Part shown: positions 22,651 through 35,938 of the stretch, piece by piece
Position numbering within the stretch: position 1 is the stretch's first letter
How the letters are laid out: the number at the start of each line of letters is the position of its first letter
Assembly (NCBI GenBank): GCA_001179505.1
Contig: CDMY01000288.1
Coordinates: 62,001-126,000 of the forward strand
Direction of reading: 5' to 3'
Length of the DNA stretch: 64,000 nucleotides
From: Vitrella brassicaformis CCMP3155
Lineage: Eukaryota > Protista > Chromerida
Position numbers and translations under genes: made by a program
Notes under the pieces: model-generated
What the model was told of the DNA's origin: nothing
Databases searched by the model: none
What the model saw: only the letters and a program-made list of their open reading frames with translations

Positions 22651-25600
22651 ATGAGTGAGTTTGAGGGCGGCGGCTTCGAGCAGGGCGAGGAATCCTCGGG
22701 CGACTTTGACTACGGCGAGTCGGGCGCCTTCGAGGGCGGCACCGACCTGGCGGGCGGCAGCGACGCCAAGGAGTGGCACAGGAGCCGCGAGGCGGTGCTG
22801 TTCGCCGTCGACTGCAGCGAGGCCATGTTTGACAAGAAGGACACGCCGGTGGAGGTCAGCGAGGGGCCCATCAAGACGCTGCGCAACGAAAAGAGAACCG
22901 TCTTCGAAGTGAGGCGGCTGGGCAGACAGATCTGATCTCACACACAGAGGGGGCAGACACACGAGCAGCGGGCCACTTGGTGTGGTGTGGTGTGTGATGC
23001 ATCAGGACGTGTTGAAGACGGTGTGTGAGTTCATGAAGACGCGCATCATCCGCGGCAGCCGCGACAAGGTGGGCGTCATGCTGTACAACATCGGAGCCAA
23101 ATGCGTGTTAGAACTGGGCGACGGCTTCAACGGTACGCACACCACCACCACCAGCACCCAAACCACCACCACCACCACACTCTCTCTCTCTGTGCTGGCA
23201 ACTTCAGGCATTCACGTGTTGAAGGCCGACGGCCAGGCTGGCGAGCTGCAGGTGCCCGACGCCGAGCGCGTGGCGGCCATCGAGAAGGTGGGCGACTGGA
23301 CGCTCGACAAGATCCACAGCGAGTTCAAGGAGTGCGACCCGAAGGCCAAGCTGGGCGAGGTGTTCTGGCTGGCCAGCACCCTGTTCAGCCGCACCGACAT
23401 CAAGAAGACCCACAACTGCCGCCTGCTCGTCTTCACCACCGAGGACGACCCCGTGGGGCGGCACAAGGCGGCATTCGATTTTGCAGTCCAACGGTGGGCG
23501 AGAGGGGGGGAGGGAGGGAGGGAGGGGGCTGTGTGTGCACTCGTGTGGTTTGTGTGCGTGCAGTGCCCAGGACTTGCAGGCAGAGGCCGACCTGGAACTC
23601 TTCCCCATGCAGCCAGATGGTACACACACACACACACACACATCCACACACATGTGTGCAGCCAGACATCCACCGCCCTTCTCACACTGACCACCCGTGT
23701 GTATGCGCCCTTCTGTGTGTGTGTGTGTGTCAGGCCGCGAGCCGTTCAACTTTGACACGTTTTGGAGCGACGTGCTGCAGGTGGGCGAGGAGGACCACCC
23801 CGAGCTCACCGCAGCCCTCAAGCTTGGCGACCTCAAACAGCGCATCTGGTCAGCCAGTCGGCAGACCGACACACTTACACACACATGGCCCAGCCATTGT
23901 GTGTGTGGTGTGTGTTGTGCAGGAGTCGTGAGTTCAAGCAGCGGACGTTGAACAGCCTGACGTTCGAGATCGCAGAAGGCGTAGAAGTAGCGGGTCGGCA
24001 CACACCACACCAACACACGCAACACACACATGCTCTTTGTGTCTGTCATGATCTCTGTCTGTGTGGTCATGTGTGTGTCAGTGTGCATGTTCACTGAGGT
24101 GCTCCCCCAGCGGCCGCCGACGGCCATCAAGATCTGCACCGACGACAACACAGAACTCAAACCCAAAAGAGTCATGTGCGGCCNNNNNNNNNNNNNNNNN
24201 NNNNNNNNNNNNNNNNNNNNNNNNNNNNNNNNNNNNNNNNNNNNNNNNNNNNNNNNNNNNNNNNNNNNNNNNNNNNNNNNNNNNNNNNNNNNNNNNNNNN
24301 NNNNNNNNNNNNNNNNNNNNNNNNNNNNNNNNNNNNNNNNNNNNNNNNNNNNNNNNNNNNNNNNNNNNNNNNNNNNNNNNNNNNNNNNNNNNNNNNNNNN
24401 NNNNNNNNNNNNNNNNNNNNNNNNNNNNNNNNNNNNNNNNNNNNNNNNNNNNNNNNNNNNNNNNNNNNNNNNNNNNNNNNNNNTCACACACACACAACAC
24501 AACGACGCCTGCACCCATTTGTGTGCTCTGTGTGTGTGTGTGTGTGCAGTACCGACCTATCTGGTGCGTCTGTGCTGCCTGAGAGCGTTGAGACCTACTT
24601 CGAGTACGGCGGAGAGCAGGTCAAGATCAGCAAACAGGAAATAGCTCAAATCAAGGTCACTAAGTCACTCAACGACACACACACACACACACACAAGGCC
24701 AAGATGGTTGACGGATGCGCCTCACTCTCTCGGTGTGTGTGTGTGTGTGTGCAGAAGTTCGACGAGCCCGGTATGAAGCTGCTGGGGTTCAAGCCCAAGT
24801 CGTCTATCAAACTCGACCACATCGTCGAAAACAGCAAATTCATGTAATCCATCCCCCCAACCCCCCTCCCCCAACACAGACGCCCCATCCGTCCATGTGT
24901 CGTGTGTCGTGTGTGTTGTCAGCTACCCGAACGAGAATCGCGTCAAGGGTTCCCGCGTCTTCTTCTCGGCGCTGCTCCGCAAGATGATCGAGAGGGACGT
25001 CGTGGCCATCGTCCGCCTCATCCCTCGCGCTAATGCCACACCGTACTTCGCCGCACTGGTGCCTCAGGTGAGCTCCTCCCCCCTCCGCTCTCCCCACCCA
25101 CAGCCCCCGCCCCCATCTGTGTGTTTGTGTGTGTCCTTCCACTCATCAGCGAGAGTCCAAGAAGCTGGTCAAGCACATCGAGCCGAGTGGCTTCCACCTG
25201 ATCGGTCTGCCGTGGGCCGAGGACATCCGCCATCTGCAGCTCGGCACCCACCACGTGGCCGTGATGGACTCGCAAGACGCCACCGAGGCCGACCAGGCCG
25301 ACCCACACGCCATCATCAAGGACCACGACGAGTGGCGCGAGCAGGTCAAGAACGCCAAAAAAATGATCAGAGGTGCCCTGGGAGGCAGGGAGGCAGGGAG
25401 GGGACACGTGTGTGTGTGTGTGTGTGTGTGTTGGTGCAGGTATGAAGATTGACGATTTCCATCCGCAGCAGATTCCCAACCCGATGCTGCAGCGACACTA
25501 CCAGGCCATAGAGGTACCTACACACACACACACGCCTATACGTCACCTCCAATGCCAATTTCTGTGTGTAATGCATGTCTATGTGTGTGTCATCAGAGTC

Positions 25601-26228
25601 TGGCGTTGGGTGACGAGTTGCCCAGCAGCATGTCCCAGGAGGTGCTGCCGCCCCCCCTCACAATGATGCAGGGCAGCCTCCCCGAGGACGCCATCAAATT
25701 CAGACAGAGGTACACACAACACGCCCATCCCTCCACCCACTCCCCCACCCCTCCATGTGTTGTGTTATGCAGTGTGTATGGCGACGAGTTGGTGCCCAAG
25801 CCGGCTGCCGGCAAGAAGCGGCCTGCCGGGGGCGGCGGCGGGGGCGGTGCCAAGAAGCCCAAGATCGACCCGGACTCACTCACCAAAGACAAGATGAAGG
25901 TCAGCTGCACCCTGGCTATTCGGATGTGGGCGGCCATGTGTATGTCTGTCTGTCTGTCTGTCTGTGTGTGTGTGTCTGTGTGTGTGTGGTGTGTGTTTCT
26001 CCGTCAACACCCAGGAGATGATAGCCGACGACAGCATTCAGACGCTCACCAACGACAACCTCAAGGCCTTCCTCCGCGAGAACAATCTGCCGGTCCGTCC
26101 GCACACAAAGCCGACGCAGCCAACCCATCGCCACAATGCATCACACGTGGCTGTCCTGTTGTCCACTGCCTCAGGTGAGCGGCACCAAGGCGGTGCTGGT
26201 GCAGCGCGTCAAGGACCTGCTCAAGTAG
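22651..26228 (+). CDS. XRCC6: Ku70 (NHEJ DNA end-binding subunit) with vWA, core and C-terminal SAP domains
   Basis: EAVLFAVDCS, LLVFTTEDDP, KLLGFKP, YPNENRVKGSRVFFSALL, YFAALVPQ, GFHLIGLPWAEDIR, IPNPMLQRHYQAIE and SAP-like LTNDNLKAFLRENNLPVSGTKAVLVQRVKDLLK*. The exons splice in frame across the gap. Confidence 0.92.
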
Positions 26229-26798
26229 ATGGGGGAGGGCGTTGGGGGGAGGGATGTGCGTGTAGGTGTAGCTGTAGACTATTGCAGACCTCCACGACAG
26301 CCGCTTGCCGAAACACACAGGCAGCCGGGCAGAGAGGGGTGGGGGAACAGTGGGTGGACGGATGGGTAGCCTCCATGCACTGAAATGATGTGATGCATGC
26401 GCATGTGGGTGTGGGTGTGCGTGTGGATGAGACGTAGCCCCTCCACCACCACTTTGGTGGCAAGTTCCGCCTGATAAATGAAATGATTGCGTGTGCAGTG
26501 ACGCCACGGATGCGCCAGTGGGCACTGCAGCTCAACATTGAAGGCTCAATGCACACACAGGGTCTGGGCGGGCCACTACTCGCATAGAGAAGTGACACAC
26601 AGACATCCGTCCGCCCATTGGTCCAGGCATGCGTCAAGAGAGTGTCTACAGACATGCAGAGGGCCGGCCATGCGGCAGCTACGTCTACGGTGCTGTCAGA
26701 CAGACAAACATCCGGACCACACACACACAGGCAGACACACAACGCGCGTGCCATGGACAAAGTTACAGTCAGCACAGTGTCGGTCTCTCTCACCCGTC

Positions 26799-29700
26799 TC
26801 ATCGGCCACTGAGCTTTGCCTGCACCACTATGTCTCCATTATCATCCGTTGTGCTAATTGAGAAGTCGCCGATTCTCGTATTTGGGAGCAGCTGCCGAAT
26901 GGCGTCGTGAAGGCCGCCATGCATCAGCAGCAGCACCCCTACGCGCCTCAGGCCGCGGACACCGGCGGTGAGCAAAGTTGACAGGCCGCTGCGGATGAGC
27001 TCGGCAGCAGCAAGGGGCTCCAACTCATCGGACACTGACGATGGCGGCACACAGACACAAACACATGATGAGCCGACGAGCACCTCGATTCACTCGCTGC
27101 AGGCATTCGCGGCATACCTTCTAAGTACATGCGTATCTCTCGAATAGATGGCAGACGACTCGACCCCCAGCCGTCAAAGGCACCGCCCTGCGTGAGACTG
27201 ACTGCCCTGACCTCACCCAACTCCACACCTACCCTGACAGTGTGCAGCCCTCCCCCCTCCCCCAGTCCTTCCAGCACACCGCGTCTGTCCTCTGCACTCA
27301 CACCTCTGCCAAATTCCACCCGCAACACCTCTCTGGGCATCTTCTCTGCCAGCAGCCGGCCCGCAGCTGCTGCGACCAGTCCGCTGTGGACACGCAGCTC
27401 TCTTGCCCGCGGGAACGGCGGGAGGTGGTTGATGATGGTCGGGATGGGTGGGGTGGTGCCGGGAGGGGGAACGAAGCCATCGGCATTGTGAACCGATACC
27501 CACTCCACCTTGGCGAATGTGAGGCTCTGTGCTATCTCGATGGCCGCCTCGCTGGGGCTGTTGAGGGGGTGGGTGATGTCATGCTCGCTCAGAAAGTTCC
27601 AATACACCTCGTCTGCCTGCCGTGCCGCCTCCTGGATGGCCGTCTTGATGAAGGGCGAGGGGCGAGGGGGGAACTCGACGGCGTAGAAGAGGGCCAGCTC
27701 GAAGGCCGTATCGCAAACAACGGTCACGGTGAGCGGGACGTCCGGCGAGGTGCAGCATGTGTTGATGAAGCCGTCAACAGCCAGCAGAGCAGAGAGGCTG
27801 TCATCGAAGTCGAATGGGCAGACCTCCACGTCGAGCCGTCTCAGCGACTTGCGGCAGCCACGCGATGTGAGCACATCCTTGAAAGAAACAAAGAGAGAAG
27901 ACCACCAGTGGATGATGCCTCGCCTGTGTAATAACTGCCTACCTGCAGTCGTCTGACTCCCCACTCGTCCCCGCGGAACCATTCGATCCCTCCGATGCGC
28001 TCCAGGTGTCTGAGCGGCCCTGGCTGCCCAGCGGGTGTGATGGGGAAGTGCTCAAACACACCCGCCCACTCGTCCCAGGTCCGCCGACGCCCCCCCACCT
28101 CTTTCAGCGATGACGACGAGCTGATGAATTGGCCCAGCTCATCGGCATCCCACCCGTCCTGATCCACATACTCGAGTGCGGGCATGCACCAGCCTTTGTG
28201 GGCAAGGACACTGTGGTGTCGGACGGCTCCTGTGACGGTCCTGAGGGAATGAAGGGTGGGGCTGAGGGCATGGAGGGTGGGGGGCGGGGCGGGGGGAGGA
28301 AGGCGAGAGGGGGGGCTGGGTCTGGTGGAGTTGAGCAATTGGCTGTCGGCGGTGGTGAAGTGGATGGTCTCCAGGCTGCCCTTCGGCATGTGCTGCTGGC
28401 CCTTCTTCTCGCACACCTCGCGCCGCCCGGCCGCATGGCCCTCGACGACGCTCATCATGGTGTCCAGACACCACAACCGGTCGCCGCGTGGCTGCACGAG
28501 GGTGATGGCCGTCAGGTTGACGAGCCGTTTGCCGAGCTGGAAGGCCTGCTCAGGCGTCATGCTCTCCCAGAAGTAACGGTCGTCCTCGTCGCTGCAGTCG
28601 ATAGTGATGTGTGTCTGCTGGTGAAGGGCTGCCGTGTGGATGGGGGAGAGGCTGCTCTGTGTGGCACCAAAGGATGATTGCTGCCCGAAGGCCGCACCGC
28701 CAAACATGCCGCCCCGAGCTGAGAATGACGGTCCACTGAATGAATTCGACGCCACCACAGCTGATCGTTCCACACACACAGACATGCAGCAGGAGATGGG
28801 CCCATCCATCCATCCATCTATCCATCCATCCATCCATGTGTGTGTTGCTCCGTGACGTCACACACTCACCAGTGCCGCCAGAGATGATGCTACCGCTGAA
28901 CGGGCCGAATATGCCGCCCGTCCCCGTGGCAGCCCCGCCCTGGCCAGACAGACTCCCTCTGCCAGTGCCGCTGAACGTGCCCCCCGACGCTGCCGCCCCG
29001 CCACCAAGCAGGTCGCCACCTCCTTTCCCTGTGGATGCCTTGCCGAGCTCGAATGGGCCGCTGGTGGGTGTGGTTGTCGACTGTGCTGCAGATGGTGGCA
29101 ATTTGGATGGTGCTTTGGCAGGCGCGAAGATGCTGCCGCCAAAGAGGTCTCCTGGGGCTATGATGGTGTTGGTGAGGCCGGCAGCCGAGGCGGGTGAAGG
29201 GGCGGCACTGATGCGCTTGGCGCGGGACCTTGGTTTGACGGCAGGTGTGGCTGCGCCAACTGTGAAGAGCAACGACGAGGGACCACCGCCAGATGACGCA
29301 GCTGCAGCTGCACTCGACAGGCCCCCTTGTCCCGTCGATGTGCCGATCAGAGATTGTCCGCCAAACAGAGAGAGTAGCGATGCCGCACCCGGCGGCGCCC
29401 CGTCGGCCGTGTCCTCTTTGGCCGCAGCTGTGGTCTGGCCCTTGAGGGGTCCGAAGGCGGCGCCCGCAAAGAGCGGACCGGCAGTGGTCGACGGCAGGGC
29501 CGAAGACGATGCCATGAGGGAGTCGGCGCTGCGAGGGGGTGGGAAGATGGCCGACAGCTCGCGAGGGGTCATGAAGCTACAGAGCGACGCCAGAAGGTCC
29601 TCGCCAAAACCAGCAGGAGCCTGAAGCAGAGAAGCGACAAAGGGAGACGAGAGGCTCCATGAGAGTGGAGGACATCGGTCGTGTGCTGTGTGTGGCTGTG

Positions 29701-30219
29701 TGTACCTTCTTGCTAACATTCCACACCTGCACACACATCACACAACACACCAAAGCACCAAGCATCACAGAGTGCTGTCCGGGAGCTTTTGTTGAGGTGT
29801 GTTTGCCTACCACGGGTGGCTGTGGGTTCGTGTGTGTGTCTGGATTGGTCTGGTGCGGCACCACCACTTTGAACTCCTCCCCCCATCCGCCGACCTCCCT
29901 CATGTAAAGCGCCGTCCCCTCGTGCAGAGTGCCCGCCTTCTCGTAGACCACGTGTGGGTCGATGTGATGTATGCTGGCCGTGACCCACACGTAGTCATTG
30001 GTCGGAGCCCTCTTGGTGCTCGACAGCAACACAACACGGGTGCCCTCCTGGTTACGACTACACGCAGAGGACGGCATCGCCTGACGAATGAAACAAACAA
30101 ACCACAAAGAAATGACCAAACAAATGAACGAATCATTTGCGCCTCACGGTTGTGTGTGCCTTGCTCACTTCTGCTTGAGGCCGAACAGACGAAGATGATG
30201 CTGCTGCCGCCGCTGCCAT
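26799..30219 (-). CDS. Lineage-specific F-box-like protein, copy A, with an FG/Gly/Ser-rich insertion of about 270 aa
   Basis: Collinear with copy B (HQQTHITID, FWESxTPEQAFQLGK, VEGHAAGRR, DVLTSRGCRKSLRRLDV, LLTAGVRGLRRV). The exons splice in frame. Confidence 0.75.
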
Positions 30220-30759
30220 GGGGCCACTCTCAAACGCGGCTGACGAGAAGAGGACAGTGGTAGGCATCACTCTCAGCATCTCTCTCGTCATTCGTGTGCG
30301 GCTTACCGGCGAGATCTGCCGAGCAGAATCCGATGAGCGATGGCCTCTGTGTCAGCCGAGGCTTACTATCGAGGAGGCCGACTCAATGAAGGCTAATTCG
30401 CTGTACAACGCATCCTATTCATCGAAGGGCGAGCTTATTCGCCAGCTCGCGATCTGCCAGGCGTCGTTTTCTATTCATGACCAAGCCGATTCATCACTGC
30501 AAATCGGACCACATCGACGTCAGCGACGACAATGGAGAAGAACCAAGCAGCCACAGACAGCCGACAGTCACGAGATTTGATGCCGCAAAGAGTTGACGTT
30601 ACGGTGGGCGGCAGAAAAGGACAAGTCCCTCATCCAGCCGTCGGCAACTTGAAGTGGCTGCTGCTGCTACCCCTCCCCCCGCCCCGCCACGAGTCGAGGG
30701 AATCGAAGATCTGCCGCGGGTAATGACGGGCGAGGCGGTGAGTGGCCTGGCGACGAGCC

Positions 30760-31035
30760 GATGGAGAGAGACTGACAGGGCGGCCTGGCCCAGCGGATCT
30801 GACGAGGAATGGCGGGGTCCTGTCAGATACCACCGGTCAGGGAGAGAGGGAGGGAGGGACAAGCAAATGGATGACGGCACAGAGGGGTGGCTTCCTTTGT
30901 TGCATTCAGGACTCAGCCGCGTTATGGCCTGACGGTGAGCGTCATCGGGCCGCCAGACACCGGTGCGCGGGACGTCCACATCAACCTGGACCAACAGCAC
31001 CTCACCGTCAAAAGCAAAGGGCAGACAGACAGGCA
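30760..31035 (+). pseudogene. NudC-type CS-domain remnant, copy 1
   Basis: Spliced RYHR|TQPRYGLTVSVIGPPDTGARDVHINLDQQHLTVKSKGQ resembles NudC YxWTQT...V.V.....K.KDV.V.I...HL.V..KGQ, with the Trp lost. No continuation was found. Confidence 0.45.
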
Positions 31036-31716
31036 CCCACCCGACACAACCACATATCCACAGAAATATCCACGACGACGAGGAGAGCGAGGAGACGAGA
31101 ACGCCCACTGACTGACTCATCTTCCTCTGTCCAGCCGCCGTCAGGGTGTGCACCCATCTACCTATGTGTCACACACAACCAGCAGACAGACAGACAGACT
31201 GGCATGGCAGGGGGATGTATCTTCCTCGCCTCGCCTTTGCTCTCTATGCGTACATAGTTGTGTTACATATATACGTTAGTGTTGTATCTATGTCGAATAC
31301 AGGACAGATTTGTACCGACCGGCTTCCACGTCCCTAAGGCCTTCTTGCGCGTGCACTGAGTCGCAAACATCTTTATTTGGGCCCTTCTTGTCAATCGTTC
31401 GCACAGCCTTTATGGAGAGAGGGTCATGCTTCTTGTGTGGCTTGTGAGCTGCGTTGCCATCACTGAAATGCAGTGTGTATCCATCTCAGTGTGTGGAGGG
31501 AAGGATTATTAACGAGTATTACATAAGGAGTCCCGCATCTTCAAACTGATCCATCCATCCATCCGTTCGTCCGTCCAGACATACAGATGGACCCGGCAGC
31601 AGCTACAGTACGATGCTGTCAGACAGACAGATTGCCTGGCCAAACCACACACACACACACACACGCAAATTGACAGCGGAACTACAGATAGTCTGCCTGT
31701 ATCTTGCTCTCACCGT

Positions 31717-34210
31717 CTAGGGGTCACGAGTTGCCACCACCATTGCAATGTACCCATCCTCAAAATCATCATCATCCCGTGTGTTGATGGTGAAGCCGCC
31801 CACTCGAGTGCCGTCGGGGAGCAGCTCACGAATGCCATCGACAAGATCGTCAGGCTCATCCGGCAGCCATACCCACACACGCCTCAGGCCGCGGACACCG
31901 GCGGTGAGCAGAGACGACAGGCCGTCGCGGATGATGTTCGCGGCGGCAGAGGCCTCCATCTCATGGGGCACTGAATGACGACACATAGACAAGGCGGATG
32001 GACACACACAGATGATGGAGCACATTCCTGCACTCACTGCCCTCCGGGCATACCTGCTAAGCGCATGCCTATGTTGCTGATCGATGGCAGACGATTCGAC
32101 CCCCAGCCGTCAAAGAGCTCTTCAGTGAGAGTGACCGGATCTACCTCGCCCACCGCATCCCCTAACCCGTCGATAATGCCCACCTCCCTCTCCTCCCCCA
32201 ATCCCTCCAGCACGCCGAGCCTGTCCTGTGCACTGACCGCTGCATGAAATACCACCCACTCCACCTCCATAGGCATCTTCTGCGCCAACAGCCGGCCCGC
32301 AGCACCGCCCACAGCGCTCCAGACACACAGCTCATGGACCCTTGGGATCGGCTGCAGGTGGTTGATGATGTCGGGGGCGGGTGGGGTGGTGCCGGGAGGG
32401 GGGTCGAAGCCATTGGCATCGTGAACCATCACGCTCGACACGTTGTCGAATGAGAGACTCGATGCGATCTCGCCGGCCGCCTGGCTGGGGCTGTCGATGG
32501 GGTGGGTGAGGTCATTCTGGCTGATGGTGTAGGTCACACCCGTCGTCTGCCGTGCCGCCTCCTGGATGGCCGCCTTGATGAAGGGGGAGGGGCGAAGGGG
32601 GAACTCGTCGGCGTAGAATAGGGACAGGTCGAATTCACTCGGCGTGACGTTCACGGTGAGCGGGACGTCCGGCGAGGTGCAGCATGTGTTGATGAAGTCG
32701 TCAACAGCCAGCAGGGCGGAGAGGCTGTGGTGGCCCTCAATTCGAGGGACACCCACGTCGAGCCGTCTCAGCGACTTGCGGCAGCCACGCGATGTGAGCA
32801 CATCCTACAAAGAAACAAAGAGAGAAGGACGCGATCCGTGTGTGTGTGCACAACAGATGAGGCCTCCCCTGTGTGATGATTGCCTACCTGCAGTCGTCTC
32901 ACTTCCCCCTCGAAGCCCTCATATGCGATCCCTCCGATGGTCTGCAGCTGTCTGAGCGGCCCCGGCTGGCGGGCGGATGCGATGGGGAAGTGCTCAAACA
33001 CAGCCGCCCACCACTCCCATGACCGCCGACGCCCCTCCACCTCTTTCAGCGACTGAGACGAGCTGACGAAGCGGCCGAGCTGCTTGGCATCCCACCCGTC
33101 CTGATGCACACGCTCGAGTGCGGGCATCTTCCAGCCCCTGTCGGCCAGCTTACCGTAATAGTGCTCGCCGACGGCACCAGTGACGGCCCTGAGGGCATGG
33201 ATGGTGGGGGGCTCGGTGGGGGGAGGAAGGCGAAAAACCGGGGGCCTGGGGCTGGTGGTGGAGTTGAGCAATTGGTCGGTGGCGGTGGTGAAGTCGATGG
33301 TCTCCAGCGATCCCTCCGCCATGAGCTGCTGCCCCTCCTTCTCGCACGCCGCCCGACGTCCGGCCGCATGGCCCTCCACGATGCTTATCATGCTGCCCAG
33401 ACACCACCACTGCTTGCGGCGCGGCTGCACGAGGGTGATGGCCGTCAGGTTGACAAGCCACTTGCCGAGCTGGAAGGCCTGCTCAGGCGTCAGGCTCTCC
33501 CAGAAGTGACGGTCGCCCTCGGTAGAAGAGTCGATGGTGATGTGTGTCTGCTGGTGGAAGGCCCCCTTGACTTGCGGCCACTGCTTGCAGAGGGTTGGCA
33601 CAGCCGACAGCTCTCGAGGGGTCATGAAGCTGAAGACACAGGACAGGTGGTCGTCGCCAAGACCACCAGGGGCCTGATTTAGGGAGAGCATGAGAGTGAG
33701 CCGCGTCACGAGTGTGGCTGTGTGTGTGTACCATTCTGTTATCATCCTGATCAGCAGAGTTCTTGTGAGTGAGGCGGAAGCCACCATGCCCCTGGACGTA
33801 CACACACCACACACATCCGGTGAGTGAGTGGACGTGTGGACGTCGCGTGTACCTGTTGGCCATGCGGTGATGTCGTGGTCTTGCTGTGTGGCACCACTTG
33901 TTTGAGCTCCTCTTGGTGTCCGCCCACCTCCCTCAAGTGAAGCGCCGTCCGTCCACTGCCCTCCTCGATGCGATACACGTCGGCCTTGACCCACCTCTGC
34001 TTGCCCTTCTCCCGCCCGTTGGTCACCATCTGCACACGACTGCCCTCTTTGTAACGGCACGGCGCAGAGGACGCCATTGCCTGACGAACCGAACAGTCAA
34101 GTGAAGGAGCGAATGAGTCAGCGATGCTCTGACATTGATGAGTGTGTGGTGGTTGTGCTTTGACTGACATCGTCGTCAGGCAAAGCAGACGAAGATGAAG
34201 CCGCTGCCAT
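31717..34210 (-). CDS. Lineage-specific F-box-like protein, copy B
   Basis: LGDDHLSCVFSFMTPRELSAVPTLCKQW matches the F-box pattern (L..E.L..IFSFL...DL....VCK.W). The multi-exon frame looks intact and the gene is paralogous to copy A. Confidence 0.78.
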
Positions 34211-34739
34211 GGCGACACTCTCAAACACGGCTGACAAGAAGGGCACACTGCCCGGCACAGAGCTGTGTGTGTGTGCATCTCTCTCGGCATCTATGTGCTG
34301 CTTACCAGAGAGATCTGTCGAGCAGAATCGAATGAGCAATGGCCTCTCTGACAGCCGAGGCGTCTATCGAGGGGGCCGACCTCCCCGGGGCACTCACGGA
34401 GTGCAATTCGCCGTACAACACTCCAATCCGTACATCAAAAGGCGAGCTTATTCGCGAGCTCGGCGATCTGCGCGGCGTCGCTTTCCATCCATGGCCAGGC
34501 CCATTGATCACTGCAAATCGGACCACCCGACGTGAGTGACGATAATTAAGAAGAAGCAAGCAGCCACAGACAGCCGACAGTCACGAGATTCGATGCGCAG
34601 ACGGTGGCGGCAGAAAGACAAGGCACTCCTCCGGCCGTCGGGGAGTGCTGCTACCCCTTCTCGCCTGGATGATGATAAGCGAAGCGATGAGTGGCCTGCC
34701 GAAGAGCTGATGGACATGGACAGGGGCCCTCCCACTGTG

Positions 34740-35150
34740 TACAAGGCCAGGCGGCCTGGCCAGCGGATCTGACGAGCAATGACGGGCCACTGACAGATAC
34801 TACTGGTCAGGGAGGGAGGGATGGACAGCATGACACAGATGCATGGTCCCTTTCCTTGCGGTCAGGTCTCAGTCGCCTTAATGGGCTGACAGTGAGTGTC
34901 ATTGGGCCGCCGGACACCGGTGCGCGGGATGTCCGCATCAAGATGGACGAGCAGCACCTCGCCGCCACGTGCAAAGGGCAGACAGACAGGTACCCACCCG
35001 ACACAACCACATATTCACACAGAGGGATCCGCACACTCTGTGTTCTCTCTTCCTCTCTGCTGCAGTGGTCGATGGACACTGGAGCATCGCGTCGTCAGGA
35101 CAGACGAGGACGGCTAGACGTGGAAAGTCATCGACTTTGAAGACCCCCAG
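34740..35150 (+). pseudogene. NudC-type CS-domain remnant, copy 2
   Basis: DRYY|WSQS, then a +1 frameshift, then GLTVSVIGPPDTGARDVRIKMDEQHLAATCKGQ. The next exon has VVDG...LEHRV..TDEDG*TW with a frameshift and a stop. Confidence 0.5.
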
Positions 35151-35938
35151 GCCCCCAACAGCAGCGCCTCGGCGTCGTCAGCCATCTCGGTGGCTGGTGC
35201 AGCTGAGTTTGCAGAAGAGCGAGCGAGTCGCCGAGCTCGGCTTGTCCGTCTGGTGGAGGTGCGTCTTACAGGAAAACCCCAAAATCGACACCGCCAGACG
35301 ATATCGATGGAAGGTGGCGTTGGGGGTGAGGAGTAGAGGGCTGCATAGGATTGCGTTGTTGAGTGGGTGGGCGGTGTTGTGATTTCTGATGCCATCGGCA
35401 AGCCTCGTGAGTCTGTTTCGTCAATCGTAGTCATTTCTTTGTCTGAGCGGGCGTGACCCTATGGGTGTGCTTGAAGGTTGCTCGTGTGTGTGTCTGTGTG
35501 TGTGTGTGTCTGCGCCTGTGAGTGTGACATACATTCCTTCGTGGTGAGAGTGAGTTCAACCAACGATACTGATTGACACACACGGACTGTACACTTGCGT
35601 CAATGAGGGTCGACACACATGCATGTTTGCAATCGGTTGGTCTCGCCACGCACAAACAACACACGACAAATAAGCCCATAAAAATGCTGCACGCGAACCT
35701 CCCCCATCAGCACCTCGCCCAATAAAGAGTCTCACGAAGAAATGCAAACGCTGAACGAATCCCCCATAAGAAACGGCAGCAACAGGCAACAGAGCAAAGC
35801 GCTGCCTGCGGCAGCTCGTCTGACTGCTTGGCGAGCACAATGGCCAGAGCAGACTGAGTGGAAACCCGCCGGAAGCCAGAAATCCAAGAGCAAGCAAAAG
35901 GCCCCATGGATGCAGGAGCGGCCGCCCACCTCTGAAGG

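Larger units (their letters stand above)
15861..24483. other. Assembly gaps: four runs of exactly 300 N (15861-16160, 18968-19267, 21116-21415, 24184-24483)
   Basis: Identical lengths indicate placeholder gaps of unknown true size. The last gap falls inside a Ku70 intron. Confidence 0.97.

Noticed and set aside
24184-24483. Possible loss of Ku70 coding sequence in the gap
   Set aside because: The flanking exons join in frame (KRV-I-TDLSG; AT|GT...AG|T), so the gap appears to be intronic.
15532-24847. ORFs containing runs of X
   Set aside because: They are open only because they cross the N gaps.
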